From Octopus sinensis (taxonomy: Eukaryota): a stretch of 64,000 bases of DNA. Positions 1 through 11,849 of this stretch are shown here, one piece after another (the first letter of the stretch is position 1; the number at the start of each line of letters is the position of its first letter). Under the pieces are notes generated by a model that did not search any database, had not been told where the DNA came from, and worked only from the letters and a program-made list of their open reading frames with translations. The DNA lies in NCBI RefSeq assembly GCF_006345805.1, contig NC_043011.1:45148464-45212463 (forward strand), given 5' to 3'. The position numbers were made by a program, and so were the translations under genes.

Positions 1-191
1 TTTTGTGTAGTATAAAGCTTTAAGTCCCAAGTTACCCTGGTGGGTGAAAATAATTGGGAATGTGTATCATATGTGAATCATGGACATCAGAGAAACACGT
101 CCTGAATATCACATGTGATACACAAGACAAGCAAAGTGTTAATTTTATTTACATATATATTTTATTCTTTTTGGAAATTGTAGTTAAGATA

Positions 192-380
192 CCCGTGCCA
201 GTGGCATGTAAAAAGAACCCACTACACTCACGGAGTATTTGGCATTAGGAAGGGCATCCAGCTGTAGAAACACTGCCAGATCAGACTGGAGCCTGGTGTA
301 GCTTCCTGGCTTCCCAGACCCCAGTTGAACCGTCCAACCCATGCCAGCATGGAAAACGGACGTTAAACGATGTTGATGAT
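192..380 (+). mobile_element. SINE family C 3' end (RTE-like tail)
   Basis: Tail ggcattaggaagggcatccagctgtagaaa...ccatgccagcatgg followed by (GAT)n; many copies in the window. Confidence 0.8.
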
Positions 381-477
381 TTTATATATTTTATATATAT
401 ATATTTTATTTTTTATATATATATTTTATTTACATATGTAATTTTATTTACATATATATATATTTGTTTGTTTGCTT

Positions 478-838
478 TATCTTTTGCTTGTTTCAGTCAA
501 TAGATTGCGGCCATACAGGGGCACCACCTTGAAGAATTCTAGTCAAATGAATCAACCCCACTACTCATTCTATCGATCCCTTTTGCCAAACCACTAAGTT
601 ATGGGGGCATAAACACACCCGCACCAGTCGCCAGGCAGTGAGTGGAGGACAAACACAGACACAAGCACATGCATATATACAAGGGGCTTCTCTCAGTTTC
701 TGCTTATCAAATCCATTCACAAGGCTTTGGTTGGCCTGAAGCTATAGCAGGTGACACTTGCCCAAGGTGTCAGGCAGTGGGACTGAACCTAGAACCATGT
801 GGCTGGGAAGCAAAACTTTTTACCACACAGCCATGCCA
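478..838 (-). mobile_element. SINE family A (tRNA-headed), diverged copy
   Basis: Reverse complement of family A (tggctgtgtgg head, gttcagtccc B-box, tgactgaaacaag tail). Confidence 0.8.
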
Positions 839-889
839 ACACCTATTTGTTTGTTTATTTATTTATTTGTTTTGTTTTTGTTTTTGCAG

Positions 890-1058
890 GTATCTGCTGC
901 AGAAGTTTACGAAACCAATCTTTGAGGTGAACACATTCTTCTTTGAAATCATCCAAAGAATGGGAGCCACAGGGTTTGGTGCCAACAATATCATAGCGCT
1001 CTGGAGGTCCCTACAAACTCTGCTACAGACAGAACAACAACAACAACATGATGTGTGA
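890..1058 (+). CDS. HPDL: Terminal coding exon of 4-hydroxyphenylpyruvate dioxygenase-like protein
   Basis: Polypyrimidine acceptor ...tttttgcag at 889, then [42 protein letters not shown]...HDV*. This matches the HPPD-family C-terminus (FxExIQR with the Fe-ligand Glu, GFG motif). GATGFG and ALW are HPDL-like rather than HPD-like. Upstream exons lie outside the window. Confidence 0.9.
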
Positions 1059-1179
1059 TACTTACACACACACACACTTTCACTCAAACACACACATATG
1101 AATATATTATTGCCTGTGGTGGTGGTGGTGGTGGTGGTGGTGATGGTGATTGTGGTGCAGAACTAAGTTAGTAGATACT

Positions 1180-1626
1180 TGGGTGAGTGGGGAGGTGAGT
1201 TGAGTGTGAGAGGGGGTGGGTGTTGCGGAGTTAGGTGGTGTAATTGAGCATGAGTGGAGGTGTTGAGGAGTTGGATGGTATAACTGAGTGTGAGTGGAGG
1301 TGTTTTGGAGTTTGGTGGTGTAATTCAATGTGAGAGGAGGTATGCTGTGTGTGAATTGTAACTGTGTCTAAGTGGAGTGGTGTTGTAACTGAGTGTGAGT
1401 TGAAATGTTCTAGAGTTTGGTGGTGAATGAGAGTGAGGGATATTGTAGAGTTGGATGGTGTAACTGAGTGTGAGTGGAGGCATTGAAGAATTGATAGATA
1501 ACTGAGTATGAGTGGAGGTGTGTTGTAGAGTTGGGTGATATAACTGAGTGTGAGTGAGAAGTGTTGTAGAGTTGGGTGGTGTAACTAAGTGTGAGTGGAG
1601 GTGTTGAGGAACTGAGTGTGAGTGGA
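1180..1626. repeat. Degenerate ~40-bp minisatellite
   Basis: Repeating unit similar to taactgagtgtgagtggaggtgttgtagagttggatggtg. Confidence 0.8.
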
Positions 1627-1806
1627 GCTTGTGTGGTTTTAGTTATTAATCTTTATTATTGTTTGTTTCATTCATTACTTTATCACAATGTACCTTGTCG
1701 TAAGACTGCTGAGTGAAGGCTAACTTAGGGGTCACACACCACTGCCAACACCACCATCATTACAGCAACCACCAGCACCTCAATGTCTAAAGAATATTTT
1801 CCAAAA

Positions 1807-1812
1807 AATAAA
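1807..1812 (+). promoter_or_regulatory. Candidate polyadenylation signal for HPDL
   Basis: AATAAA followed by GT/T-rich sequence, about 750 bp after the stop codon. Confidence 0.3.
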
Positions 1813-2082
1813 ATGTTCTGTTTTTGTTTTCAAATTGTTTTTATTCTTCTGTTTTTACATAATAGCAGATATTGTTTTGTTGTTCTTCATGGGATTTGTC
1901 AAAGAATTCTCTATAATATTGGCTCTAATTTCCACCATTTGTCCTTAACTACCACAAATAAAAAATCTTTTGCTTTTAAATGTTTTCTTATTTACCTTTG
2001 ACGTAATTACCTGTAAAATGTTCAACAAAGGTCTGGAGACTACTCGCATCTATATCATGTCATACTTTTACATTAACCAAAG

Positions 2083-2290
2083 CAGCAAGCTGACAGAAAT
2101 GTTAGCACACCAGGCAAAATGCTTTTCGTCTGTTTTTACGTTCTGAGTTCAAATTCCACTGAAGTCGACTTTGCCTTTCATCCTTTTGGGGTCGATAAAT
2201 TAAGTACCAGTTGCATACTGAGGTTGATCTAATCGACCCCCCTACTTCTCCCAAAATTTCAGGCCTTGTGCCTAGAGTAGAAAAGTTTCT
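2083..2290 (+). mobile_element. SINE family B (tRNA-Ser/Leu-like head)
   Basis: agctgacagaaatgttagcac head, gagttcaaattcc B-box, gtcgactttgcctttcatcc core. Confidence 0.8.
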
Positions 2291-2499
2291 TTTACATTAA
2301 CCCCTTCACTGCAGAAATCAGATATGTCCACTCAAAATTTCATAACCCTCAACTGCAGAAAGTAGTTCCAAATACAGATGTATTTGTAGTTGAGGAATGT
2401 CATGTCTGGAACTGTTTTTTCGCTGAGATATGTCAAGTTTATTGAGGCATCATGACTTGGAGAAAATACCAATTCTATTTTCTTGGTAGATACTTTATA

Positions 2500-3140
2500 T
2501 CATCATCATCATTATCATCGTTTAATGTCCGCTTTCTATGCTAGCATGGGTTGGATGATTTGACTGAGGTCTAGCAAACTAGATGGCTGCACCAGGCTCT
2601 AATCTGATCTGGCAGAGTTTCTACAGCTGGATGCCCTTCCTAACACCAGCCACTCCGAGAGTGTAGTAGGTGCTTTTACGTGCCACCGGCACGAGGGATA
2701 GTCAGGCGGTACTGACAACAGCCACGCTCAAATGGTGCCTTTTATGTGCCACCTGCGCAGGAGTCAGTCCAACAGCACTGGCAATGACCTTGCTTGAATG
2801 TTTTTTTCACATGCCACCAGCACAAGTGCCAGTAAGACGACGCAGGTAACGCTTGAATGGTGCTTTTTACATGTCACTGGCACGAAAGCCAGTTTGTTGC
2901 TCTGGCAACGATCACGCTCAGGTGGTACTCTTAGTGCTCCACTAGCACGGATGCCAGTCATCAAATTTGATTTTGATTTCAATTTAACTTGCTTCAACAG
3001 GTCTTTGCAAGCAGAGTTTAGTGTCCAATGAAGGAAAGGTACGCATAAGTGGGCTGGTTACACCCCTGGCATAGGCCATGAGGTTATGGTGTCACTTGGT
3101 TTGCCGAGTCTTCTCAAGCACAGCATATTTCCAAAGGGTT
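2500..3140 (-). mobile_element. Long SINE family C copy with internal ~60-bp hairpin-repeat array
   Basis: RTE-like tail plus about 5 internal units containing gtgccaccggcac. Confidence 0.8.
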
Positions 3141-3574
3141 GATGTTGTAGAATGAACAGTCAACAAGAACACTATCATACTAGTTATATTGATAATGTGG
3201 GTTATGTCAGAAGTAAAGGAATGAAAATTCTTCATAGTAATATTATGTATTTGATACTTAGGCTGTGAGTTGATAGAATCGTTAGCACACTTAGCAGAAT
3301 TTTGTCTGTCTTTATGTTCTAAGTTCAAATTTTGCTGCGGTTGACTTTGCCTTTAATCCTTTTGAGGTTGATAAAATAAGTACCAGTTGAGTACTGGGGT
3401 TAATGTAATCAACTTAACCCCATTCCCTAAAATTGGTGACTTTGTGCCAAAATATGAAAACAATATTATACAATAATGCTAAGGTGGTGAGCTGACAGAA
3501 TCATTAGTGCGCCAGGTAAAATGTTTGGCAGCATTTTGTCCGTCTTTATGTTCTGAGTTCAAGTTCTCACATGG

Positions 3575-3945
3575 TGTAGCTGTGTGGTAAGAAGTTTGCT
3601 TCCCAGTTGCATGGTTCCTGTGGGAACCTTGGGCAGCTGTCTCTGACTGCAGGCCAAAGCCTATTGAGTGGATTTGGTAGATGGAAACTTAAAGAAGCCT
3701 ATTGCATATATATGTGTGTGTGTTTGTATTTCCTTGTCTTGATATCACATGATAGTTGTAAACAAGAGCCTTTCATGAGCAATCCTCCTCGAAAACATGA
3801 CTGGTCACAGCGAAACGGCTAAGGGTTGATGGCAGGAAGGGCATCCAGCTGTAGAAAATCAGTCTTAATGAATTCCATCCAACACATTCAAGCATGGAAG
3901 AGTGGACATTCAGATGATGATGATGATGATGATGATGATGATCTG
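3575..3945 (+). mobile_element. SINE with family A head and RTE-like tail
   Basis: gctgtgtggtaagaag head joined to ggaagggcatccagctgtagaaaa...(GAT)n; related copy at ~40200-40695. Confidence 0.65.
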
Positions 3946-5044
3946 TGCCTCTTGCAACACCATCCACTGATGCTGCAGGGGCAGCATCAGCCAGCTCCCC
4001 CTACCGGAAAAACATATTAAAAGCGTACCGTTTTCCTTGTCTGGAACATAAAAATATATAATTAATCAATAAATGCTGCTGATCAATAAGTTGTTACTTT
4101 AGTTAATTGGGAGAAAGAAAATCTGTTTTTTTTTTTGTTTTGTTGTTCTTTTTTTTTTTTTTATTGCTCCCCCCATCTCCACCACCCTCACATTTTGCTT
4201 TGTCTGCACTTTATACTTAACGGTTTATAATTATGAAACACTGCAATCATGGCTGAAAGCAAAATGCTGTGTATTTATTAAAAAATATATCCTTTGTGTA
4301 GATTTTGTATTGAATAAAGCTTATACTGCATATATACACACACATCATTACCATCATCATCATCACCATCATCTTCGTCATTGTCATTTTTTTATGTCCA
4401 TTTTTCCATACTGGCATTGGCTGGATGCACACTCTCTCTCACACACACACACACAAAAACAAATATATATATATATATAGAGAGAGAAAGAGATGTGCAT
4501 ATATATATATACGTACAATCTTGAATCATTGAATCCTTTTACAGGCTCAAATCATTGGACTGCAGCCATGCTGGGATATTACCTTCAAGGGTTTGGTCAT
4601 TCATTATAGACCTCAGTTCTTGTATCTGTCTGGTATTTATTTTATTGTCATATTGTCATGGCCAGTGCTGGTCACACATAAAAGGCACCCATGCCATTGA
4701 CACAAAAGGCACCTGTGCCACTAACATGTAAGAGGTACCCACTACACTCTTGGGGTGGTTGACATTAGGAAGGACATCAAGCTGTACAAACCAATCGAAA
4801 TCAGAATGGAACCTTGTACAGTTCTTCAGCTTACCAATTCCAGTCAAACCATCCAACCCATGCCAGCATGGAAAGCAGATGCTAAATGATGATGATACCC
4901 TGCTTTTTGAATTGCTAAGTTACAAATCATAAAGGTACATGACAATCACACACACACATACGCACACATTTGTTTGTATGTGCATGCGCACGCATGTGTG
5001 TGTGTGTGCACATTTCCCATCAGTAAGACTCCACTCCCAGTGTA

Positions 5045-5111
5045 TTAGTCATCTCGACGCTTTTCAGTACACTGAGTCGAACACCCCTCAGGTGTGATGA
5101 TGTCATAAAAC
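5045..5111 (-). CDS. Terminal coding exon of unidentified gene (FYDIITPEGCSTQCTEKRRDD*)
   Basis: Acceptor ttgtctctttctag; phase 2 matches the upstream exon across a 64-bp GTAAGT..AG intron (5112-5175). Confidence 0.6.
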
Positions 5112-5175
5112 CTAGAAAGAGACAAGTAGCTGTCAGCAACCAATGGAAATATTACATATTATTACGATGACTTAC

Positions 5176-5270
5176 TTAACCCTGCTTATGCTGTCAATGA
5201 CAGATCTACGAAGGACAACAATGGGTGGCTTAGCTTCACCACGTGACATTGCAGAAATCAAGAAAGCAAC
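5176..5270 (-). CDS. Penultimate coding exon of unidentified gene (VAFLISAMSRGEAKPPIVVLRRSVIDSISRV)
   Basis: Poly-T acceptor (tttttaag) and consensus donor gtaagt; only frame 0 is open. Confidence 0.65.
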
Positions 5271-5446
5271 CTTAAAAAAAAAAATCAATAAAGGCATGGT
5301 TGGGTGGTAAGAAGCTTGCTTCCCAACCACATGGTTCCAGGTTCAGTCCAACTGCATGGCACCTTGGGCAAGTGTCTTTTACTACAGCTTCAGGCCAACC
5401 AAAACCTTATAAGTGGACCTAGCAGACAGAAACTGAAAGAAACTGG

Positions 5447-5489
<43 letters not shown>

Positions 5490-5937
5490 TGAGACAGAAA
5501 GTATGGTTGTTAATTCCATGTGGTTGAATATACAAGGAAAGAGAAAAGATGAAAAAACATAGAAGATTTGTTTTACACGACTAAAGAATAAATTAAAATC
5601 ATCATAACAAAAGTATTATACAAAATCTGATTTTTTTTCTTCCAACATAATATAACCAGTTTCACTAATGATTTTCAAAGTACACACACACACGTATAGG
5701 GGTATGAAAGGTATTGGTGTCAGGAAGACCCCAAAAGTATCAGGTAAACACTAAGTGCTATGGATAGACCATGGTTAAGCTCCAGGCTTGATAATGATAC
5801 AAGTGAGGGGTCCAATGTGGGTCATATATTAGCATGCATATATATAAATGGACAGAATGAGATAAATGGAAAGCTCTGAAAAGTGAATTAAGTTATAGGC
5901 GAATAAGTCATAGGTGCCATCTCCAAACACTGGAAAT

Positions 5938-6420
5938 ATCATCACCACCACCACCATCAGCAGCAGCAGCAGCATCAACACCACCACCACCATCATCATC
6001 ACCAACACCACCACCAACACCAGCATCACCATCATCAGCAGCAGCATCACCACCACCATCATCACCAACACCACTATCATCACCACCACCACCACTATCA
6101 TCACCACCATCATCACCACCACCATCAGCAGCAGCATCAACACCACCACCACTATCATCACCACCACCACCACCACCAATACCACTATCATCACCACCAC
6201 CACCATCATCATCACCACCACCACCACCACCACCACCACCACCATCATCATCAACACCACCATCATCACCATCACCATCATCACCAACACCACCATCATC
6301 CTCACCACCACCACTAGCATCACCACCACCACCAGCATTACCACCACCATCATCAGCAGCAGCAGCATCATTGTATTCACCACCACCACCACCATCATCA
6401 TCATCAATCATCCTCATCAT
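5938..6420. repeat. (CAC/CAT/CAG)n trinucleotide microsatellite
   Basis: Direct observation; source of the spurious poly-T/I, poly-V/M and poly-G/D ORFs. Confidence 0.95.
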
Positions 6421-6592
6421 TTAATGCCTGTCTTCCATGCTAGTATGGGTTGGGCAGTTTGGCAGGGGTCTGATGAGTCAAGAGGATGACATCATGCTCC
6501 AGTGTCTGGTTTCTCTGGTTTGATGTTCTTCCTAACACCAGCTATTTTTACAAAGTCTACTGGGTGTGTTTTTCATGTAAAAAATCATACAC

Positions 6593-6798
6593 ATTCGGGA
6601 GAAGAACAGACGAAGGATTTCTAGGCAGCCGATATCTCTTGGGAATGAAGCCATGGTTATGAGACATCACCGTCACTTTCGAGAGGCAGGCCATGTTGTG
6701 TGAACATCGAACCTTCAGTTGCTCACATAATTGCTCATAAATGAGTAAAGGGAGAAAAGCATGTGAGGACGACAGAGTGACTGGTTTGAAAGGTATAC
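6593..6798 (-). CDS. Internal coding exon of unidentified gene (GIPFKPVTLSSSHAFLPLLIYEQLCEQLK...RNPSSVLLPN)
   Basis: Acceptor ttttctcaaatttccttcag; a single open frame of 68 codons; joins the 5270 exon in phase only through a weak GTGTAT donor. Confidence 0.55.
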
Positions 6799-6869
6799 CT
6801 GAAGGAAATTTGAGAAAATGAGAACCCCCTCCTCTTCCAGCCCAATCCTGTAACCTACCTAACCACATG

Positions 6870-6892
6870 TCATATATATATGTATAAGTGTG

Positions 6893-6955
<63 letters not shown>

Positions 6956-6990
6956 TATATATATATATATATATATATGTATATTATATA

Positions 6991-7022
<32 letters not shown>

Positions 7023-7194
7023 TATATATATATATATATATACATAATATATATATATATACATATTATATATATATATACATTATATATATATATATAT
7101 AATATATATATATATAATATATATATATAATATATATATATATAAAATATATTATATATATATATAATATATATATATATATACATATATATAT

Positions 7195-7235
<41 letters not shown>
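6870..7235. repeat. (TA)n microsatellite
   Basis: Direct observation. Confidence 0.95.
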
Positions 7236-7239
<4 letters not shown>

Positions 7240-7294
7240 GTATCATCATCATCGTTAAAGTCTGCTTTCCATGCCTGTATGGGTGGGATATATC

Positions 7295-7690
7295 TCTTTT
7301 TACTCTTTTACTTGTTTGAGTCGTTTTGACTGTGACCATGCTGGAGCACCGCCCTTAGTCGAGCAAATCAACCCCAGGACTTATTCTTTGTAAGCCTAGT
7401 ACTTATTCTGTTGGTCTCTTTTGCCGAACCGCTAAGTTACGGGGATGTAAACACACCAGCATTGGTTGTCAAGCGATGTTGGGGGACAAACACACACACA
7501 CACACACATATATTTATATATATATACATATATACGATGGGCTTCTTTCAGTTTCCAGCTACCAAATCCACTCACAAGGCTTTGGTCAGTCTGAGGCTAT
7601 AGTGGAAGACACTTGCCCAAGGTGCCATGCAGTGGGACTGAACCTGGAACCATGTGGTTGGTAAGCAAGCTACTTACCACACAGCCACTC
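7295..7690 (-). mobile_element. SINE family A, near full length
   Basis: Complete head, internal (CA/TA)n and (GAGTAAAA)n tail. Confidence 0.85.
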
Positions 7691-7697
7691 CTGCGCC

Positions 7698-7730
<33 letters not shown>

Positions 7731-7843
7731 TAGTGGTACGACAAAGCATCAATGTTTACTAGAAATAGCAGTCGATACATTTACAATGCTATAGTAAAGC
7801 TTCAATGTGTATATACTGGCAAAGATATATATATATATGTATA

Positions 7844-7906
<63 letters not shown>

Positions 7907-9304
7907 AAAAAGTAAATAAAGATGGAAAAGGCACAGAGATATATTTTAGGGAATGTTTAATATTTTCGTTACAGTGAGTGATTTAAAATAAAACTGGTTT
8001 CAATGTATCCATCTTATCAAATATTAAAAAGAATTCTTTGGGAAGTCAGAGAGAGGAAGAAAAAAAAATATTTGTAGGGTTTAACAGTTTGTAGCCATAT
8101 CTAAACTCAAGATACTTCTGTGCCTTTTCCAACTGCATGGCTACAGCTTTGAGCTGAAACTACAGCCAAAAATATATATATATTTCGGGTAACGAACAAC
8201 CTTAAAAAATGAATGAAATTCATAAACTCAGGATTCCACTGCATCATTATTACTATCATGAGAGTCACCTACTCTCATCCCCACTTTACTACACCTTCTT
8301 CGATTCATGTATCCTTGGTCATCTCCCACTCCCTATAACAACCATTCCCCAAATCCACCCTTCAACTCTACCCAGTCTTTACATTTGTCACCAAACTTCG
8401 TTTCCCTCACCCATTTCCCCATCTCTCACTCCCCTCCCACACACACACACTCTTTCAATCTGCACCCACCCACACACTTAGTCCCATTCACTTCAACCCA
8501 CCTCATTCTTTGGAGATCCACCCAGACTCCTCAGCACCCCCACTTCTATCTCTTTCCACCTAAACACTCCATCCTCCACTCTAAAATACAAGTAGCCTGT
8601 ATAGGTAAGAAACCTCTTCTGGTCTGATCCCCTTCGCTTCTACTTTAAACCCCTCATCTCCCAGCATAAAGCCCACCACCACCACCACCCCCACCACCAC
8701 CATCTCAGGGTCCATAGTCATACAAGCTGTATGGCAACCTTACTAGTGCTGGTTCCACAAAAAGAAAAAAGCACCCAGTACATTCTGCCAAGTGGTTGGC
8801 ATTAGGAAGGGCATCCGAACATAGAAACTATGCTAAAGCAAAACAGTGGAGCATGATGTGGTACTCGAACCCATCAAATCTCGTCCAGCCATCCAGCCCA
8901 TTTGAGCATGGGAAATGGAAGTTAAATGATGATGATGATGATGAAGAGGAGGAAGAGGGGGATGCTTAGTGGGTGTGTGTCTAGTGGGGTTTGATAAAGA
9001 TTGATACAATAAGTATCATTGTGGGTGGCGGAGATGATATGATTGACAAAAAAAAACTTGCTAATTGTGTCCCAGCATGACTGCACACCAATGATTGAAA
9101 CAAGTAAATGAATATATATATAAATGTGTGTGTGTGTATGTGTGTATATATAGTGGTTGGCATTAGGAAGGGCATCCAGCTGTAGAAACTCTGCCAGATC
9201 AGATTGGAGCCTGGTGCAGCCATCTGGTTCACCAGTCAAATCGTCCAACCCATGCTAGCATGGAAAGCGGACGTTAAATGATGATGATGATGATGATGAT
9301 ATAT

Positions 9305-9615
9305 ATATGTGGAAGTGCAATGGCCCAGTGGTTAGGGCAGCGGACTCGTGGTCGTAGGATTGCGGTTTTGTTTCCCAGACCAGGTGTTGTGTTTATTGAG
9401 TGAAAACACCTAAAGCTCCACGAGGCTCCAGCAGGGGGGTGGTGGCGATCCCTGCTGTACTCTTTTGCCACAACTTTCTCTCACTCTTTCTTCTGTTGCC
9501 CTGCTCGCTTAGCCAGTGGGGTGGCGTCATTTGAAGGCTAAAACTATGTGAAGCGCATTGTGACCAGCGATGTGTAGCAACATCTGATAGCCTGGTCGGT
9601 CATGGTGATCACGGT
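9305..9615 (+). mobile_element. tRNA-headed SINE, additional family
   Basis: tggcccagtggttagggcagcggactc head; diverged related copy at ~39625-39890. Confidence 0.65.
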
Positions 9616-9639
9616 GATATATATATATATACATGTATG

Positions 9640-9673
<34 letters not shown>

Positions 9674-9686
9674 GGTAGGTGTATAT

Positions 9687-9718
<32 letters not shown>

Positions 9719-9719
<1 letters not shown>

Positions 9720-10197
9720 TTAAAAAAGGAGATGTGGAACACGAGTTGTGATATATAAAAAAGGAAATGAAGAAAATGCTGACAAAATAATTTAAGTAAG
9801 GGAGAGTGTATTTAATTAGGTGAAAGTTCTTTTTTTAAACAAAAAAAGAGAAAAATTGGGTTAGAATACAATGTTCATTTTTTGTGAATGATTTCAGTGT
9901 ATAAGAAAAAAAGTAAGAGTCTTTTACAGTGTTCTGTTTCAGAATAAGATATTTAATAAAAGCATGTAATATGCAGTTTTTTGTGGAAAAGTTCAATGTC
10001 AGATTTCAGTGTAGGATAAAAAAAGTAAGAGTTTACCGGTTGCGCATTTGTTATGCTTATCAAAAGATATTTTGAGTGAGATACAATCAGAAAGGAACTC
10101 TATCTCACTCAAAATATCTTTTGATAAGTTCCAGTGATGGATTGGATCTGTAGTCTTCAAATTAGCTTTCCCCCTTCTGGTTTTGAGAAGCCTAATT
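9719..10197. mobile_element. Interspersed repeat family F (possibly Penelope-like)
   Basis: Segments recur at ~35875-35995 and ~59500-59555; sits next to (TA)n. Confidence 0.55.
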
Positions 10198-10278
10198 TCT
10201 CAAGATTTAGGCAGTGTGTTATATATCCCAGGGCCCCAATATGTGGCCCCAGTATGTATGTATGTATGACCTCTACAT

Positions 10279-10880
10279 AAACCAAAAAAGAGGTATAAGG
10301 ACTTGCTGAAGGCTTCCTTAAGAGATGCTTGCATCTCTCTTGACACATGGGAGGGCATAACTATTGACAGTAGCAAGTAGAGAAGGATTGTGCATGAGGG
10401 GACAGCTACTTTTGAGAAATCTCGAGTTGCACATGAGAAAGTAAGGAGGGATGTCAGGAAGGGCATTGCAGTTGCACTTCCAGATGGTAAGGGTCTTCCT
10501 ATGATGCTGACATGCAGTGTCTGTGCAAGACCCTGCTTCAGTAAAGCTGGACTCAAGAATCATCTTTGTAGTCATAAAGCGAGACAGATGATTGACAACC
10601 AGGCCACTGGTGGTGGTGTTACACACCATACTAATCATATCTGTCAGGTACGCAGAAGGGAGTGTAATTTGGCGGTAGGACTTAAATGACATGCAAAGGT
10701 ACATGAAGCCCAGTTACAACTACAACAGGCTATTACCGGTAAACGTTTTAGTTGCCAATTCTGTACAAGACATTGTAGATCTTTAGTGGGGCTAAAACGT
10801 CACATTCGATCACAGCACCAATAACAGTTAAGCTTCGTGCAATGGCCATACTTAATAATGAGGGGGTAGCCATCATGTAT
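10279..10880 (+). mobile_element. RTE-clade LINE 3' fragment with three C-terminal C2H2 zinc fingers (decayed)
   Basis: KPKKRYKDLLKASLRDACISLDTWE...FEKSR, then CSVC..HLCSH, CQV..HAKVH and CQFC..HIRSQH in one frame with two stops; (TATG)n on both sides. Confidence 0.8.
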
Positions 10881-10904
10881 GTATGTAAGTATGATAGGTG
10901 TATG

Positions 10905-11067
10905 AGTGGCTGTGTGGTAAGTAGCCTGTTTACCAACCACATGATTCCAGGTTCAGTCCCACTGCGTGCCACCTTGGCCAAGTGTCTTCTACTATAGCTT
11001 CGGGTCAACCAAAGCCTTGTGAGTGGATTTGGTAGACGGAAACTGAAAGAAGCCCGTCGTATATATG

Positions 11068-11098
<31 letters not shown>

Positions 11099-11312
11099 AT
11101 ATGTTTGTGTATCTGTGTTTATTCCCCCAACATCGCTTGACAACCGATGCTGGTGTGTTTACGTCACCGTAACTTAGTGGTTCGGCAAAAGATACTGATA
11201 TAATAAGTACTAGGCTTACAAAGAATAAGTCCCGGGGTCGATTTGCTCGACTAAAGGCGGTGCTCCAGCATGGCTGCAGTCAAATGACTGAAACAAGTAA
11301 AAGAGTAAAGAG
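10905..11312 (+). mobile_element. SINE family A
   Basis: Full head to tail. Confidence 0.85.
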
Positions 11313-11799
11313 TATGTATGTATGTGCATATATCTTTGTATTTGTTAGTGGCTGGGCTTCAACAACTTTGATTAACTGAATAAAGGTGAAAGGATGTGTG
11401 TGAATGTATGTATGAGTGCATGAGTGCATGAATGAGTAGATTATGTACTGTATATGTGTGTATATATGTGTATGCATCACTGTTGCCTGTTTGAGTGAAT
11501 GGATCTGGTCATTTAGCCCTAGGTCAACCTGGATCCAGTAGACGTATGCCCAAAGGACATTCCGACCTGTCCATTTCATCTTCCATTGGTTTTCGTGCAT
11601 TGTGTATCTAGGGTTATATTATTTAATGTTTCCTTAAAAAAAACAAAAAAACGTGGGATGTGACATGAAGGGAGTTTGGTTGTTATTTCTAGTACATCAA
11701 GATACCAAGTAAAAACTCGTAGGTACGAGTGCGTATATGTGTGTGTGTGTGCGTGTAAATGTGTGTGAGTGTGCAAGTGTATATGTTTATGTATGTACG

Positions 11800-11845
<46 letters not shown>

Positions 11846-11849
<4 letters not shown>

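Noticed and set aside
5829-6489. Long ORFs of 170-192 aa (poly-V/M, poly-G/D, poly-T/I)
   Set aside because: Translations of a trinucleotide microsatellite.
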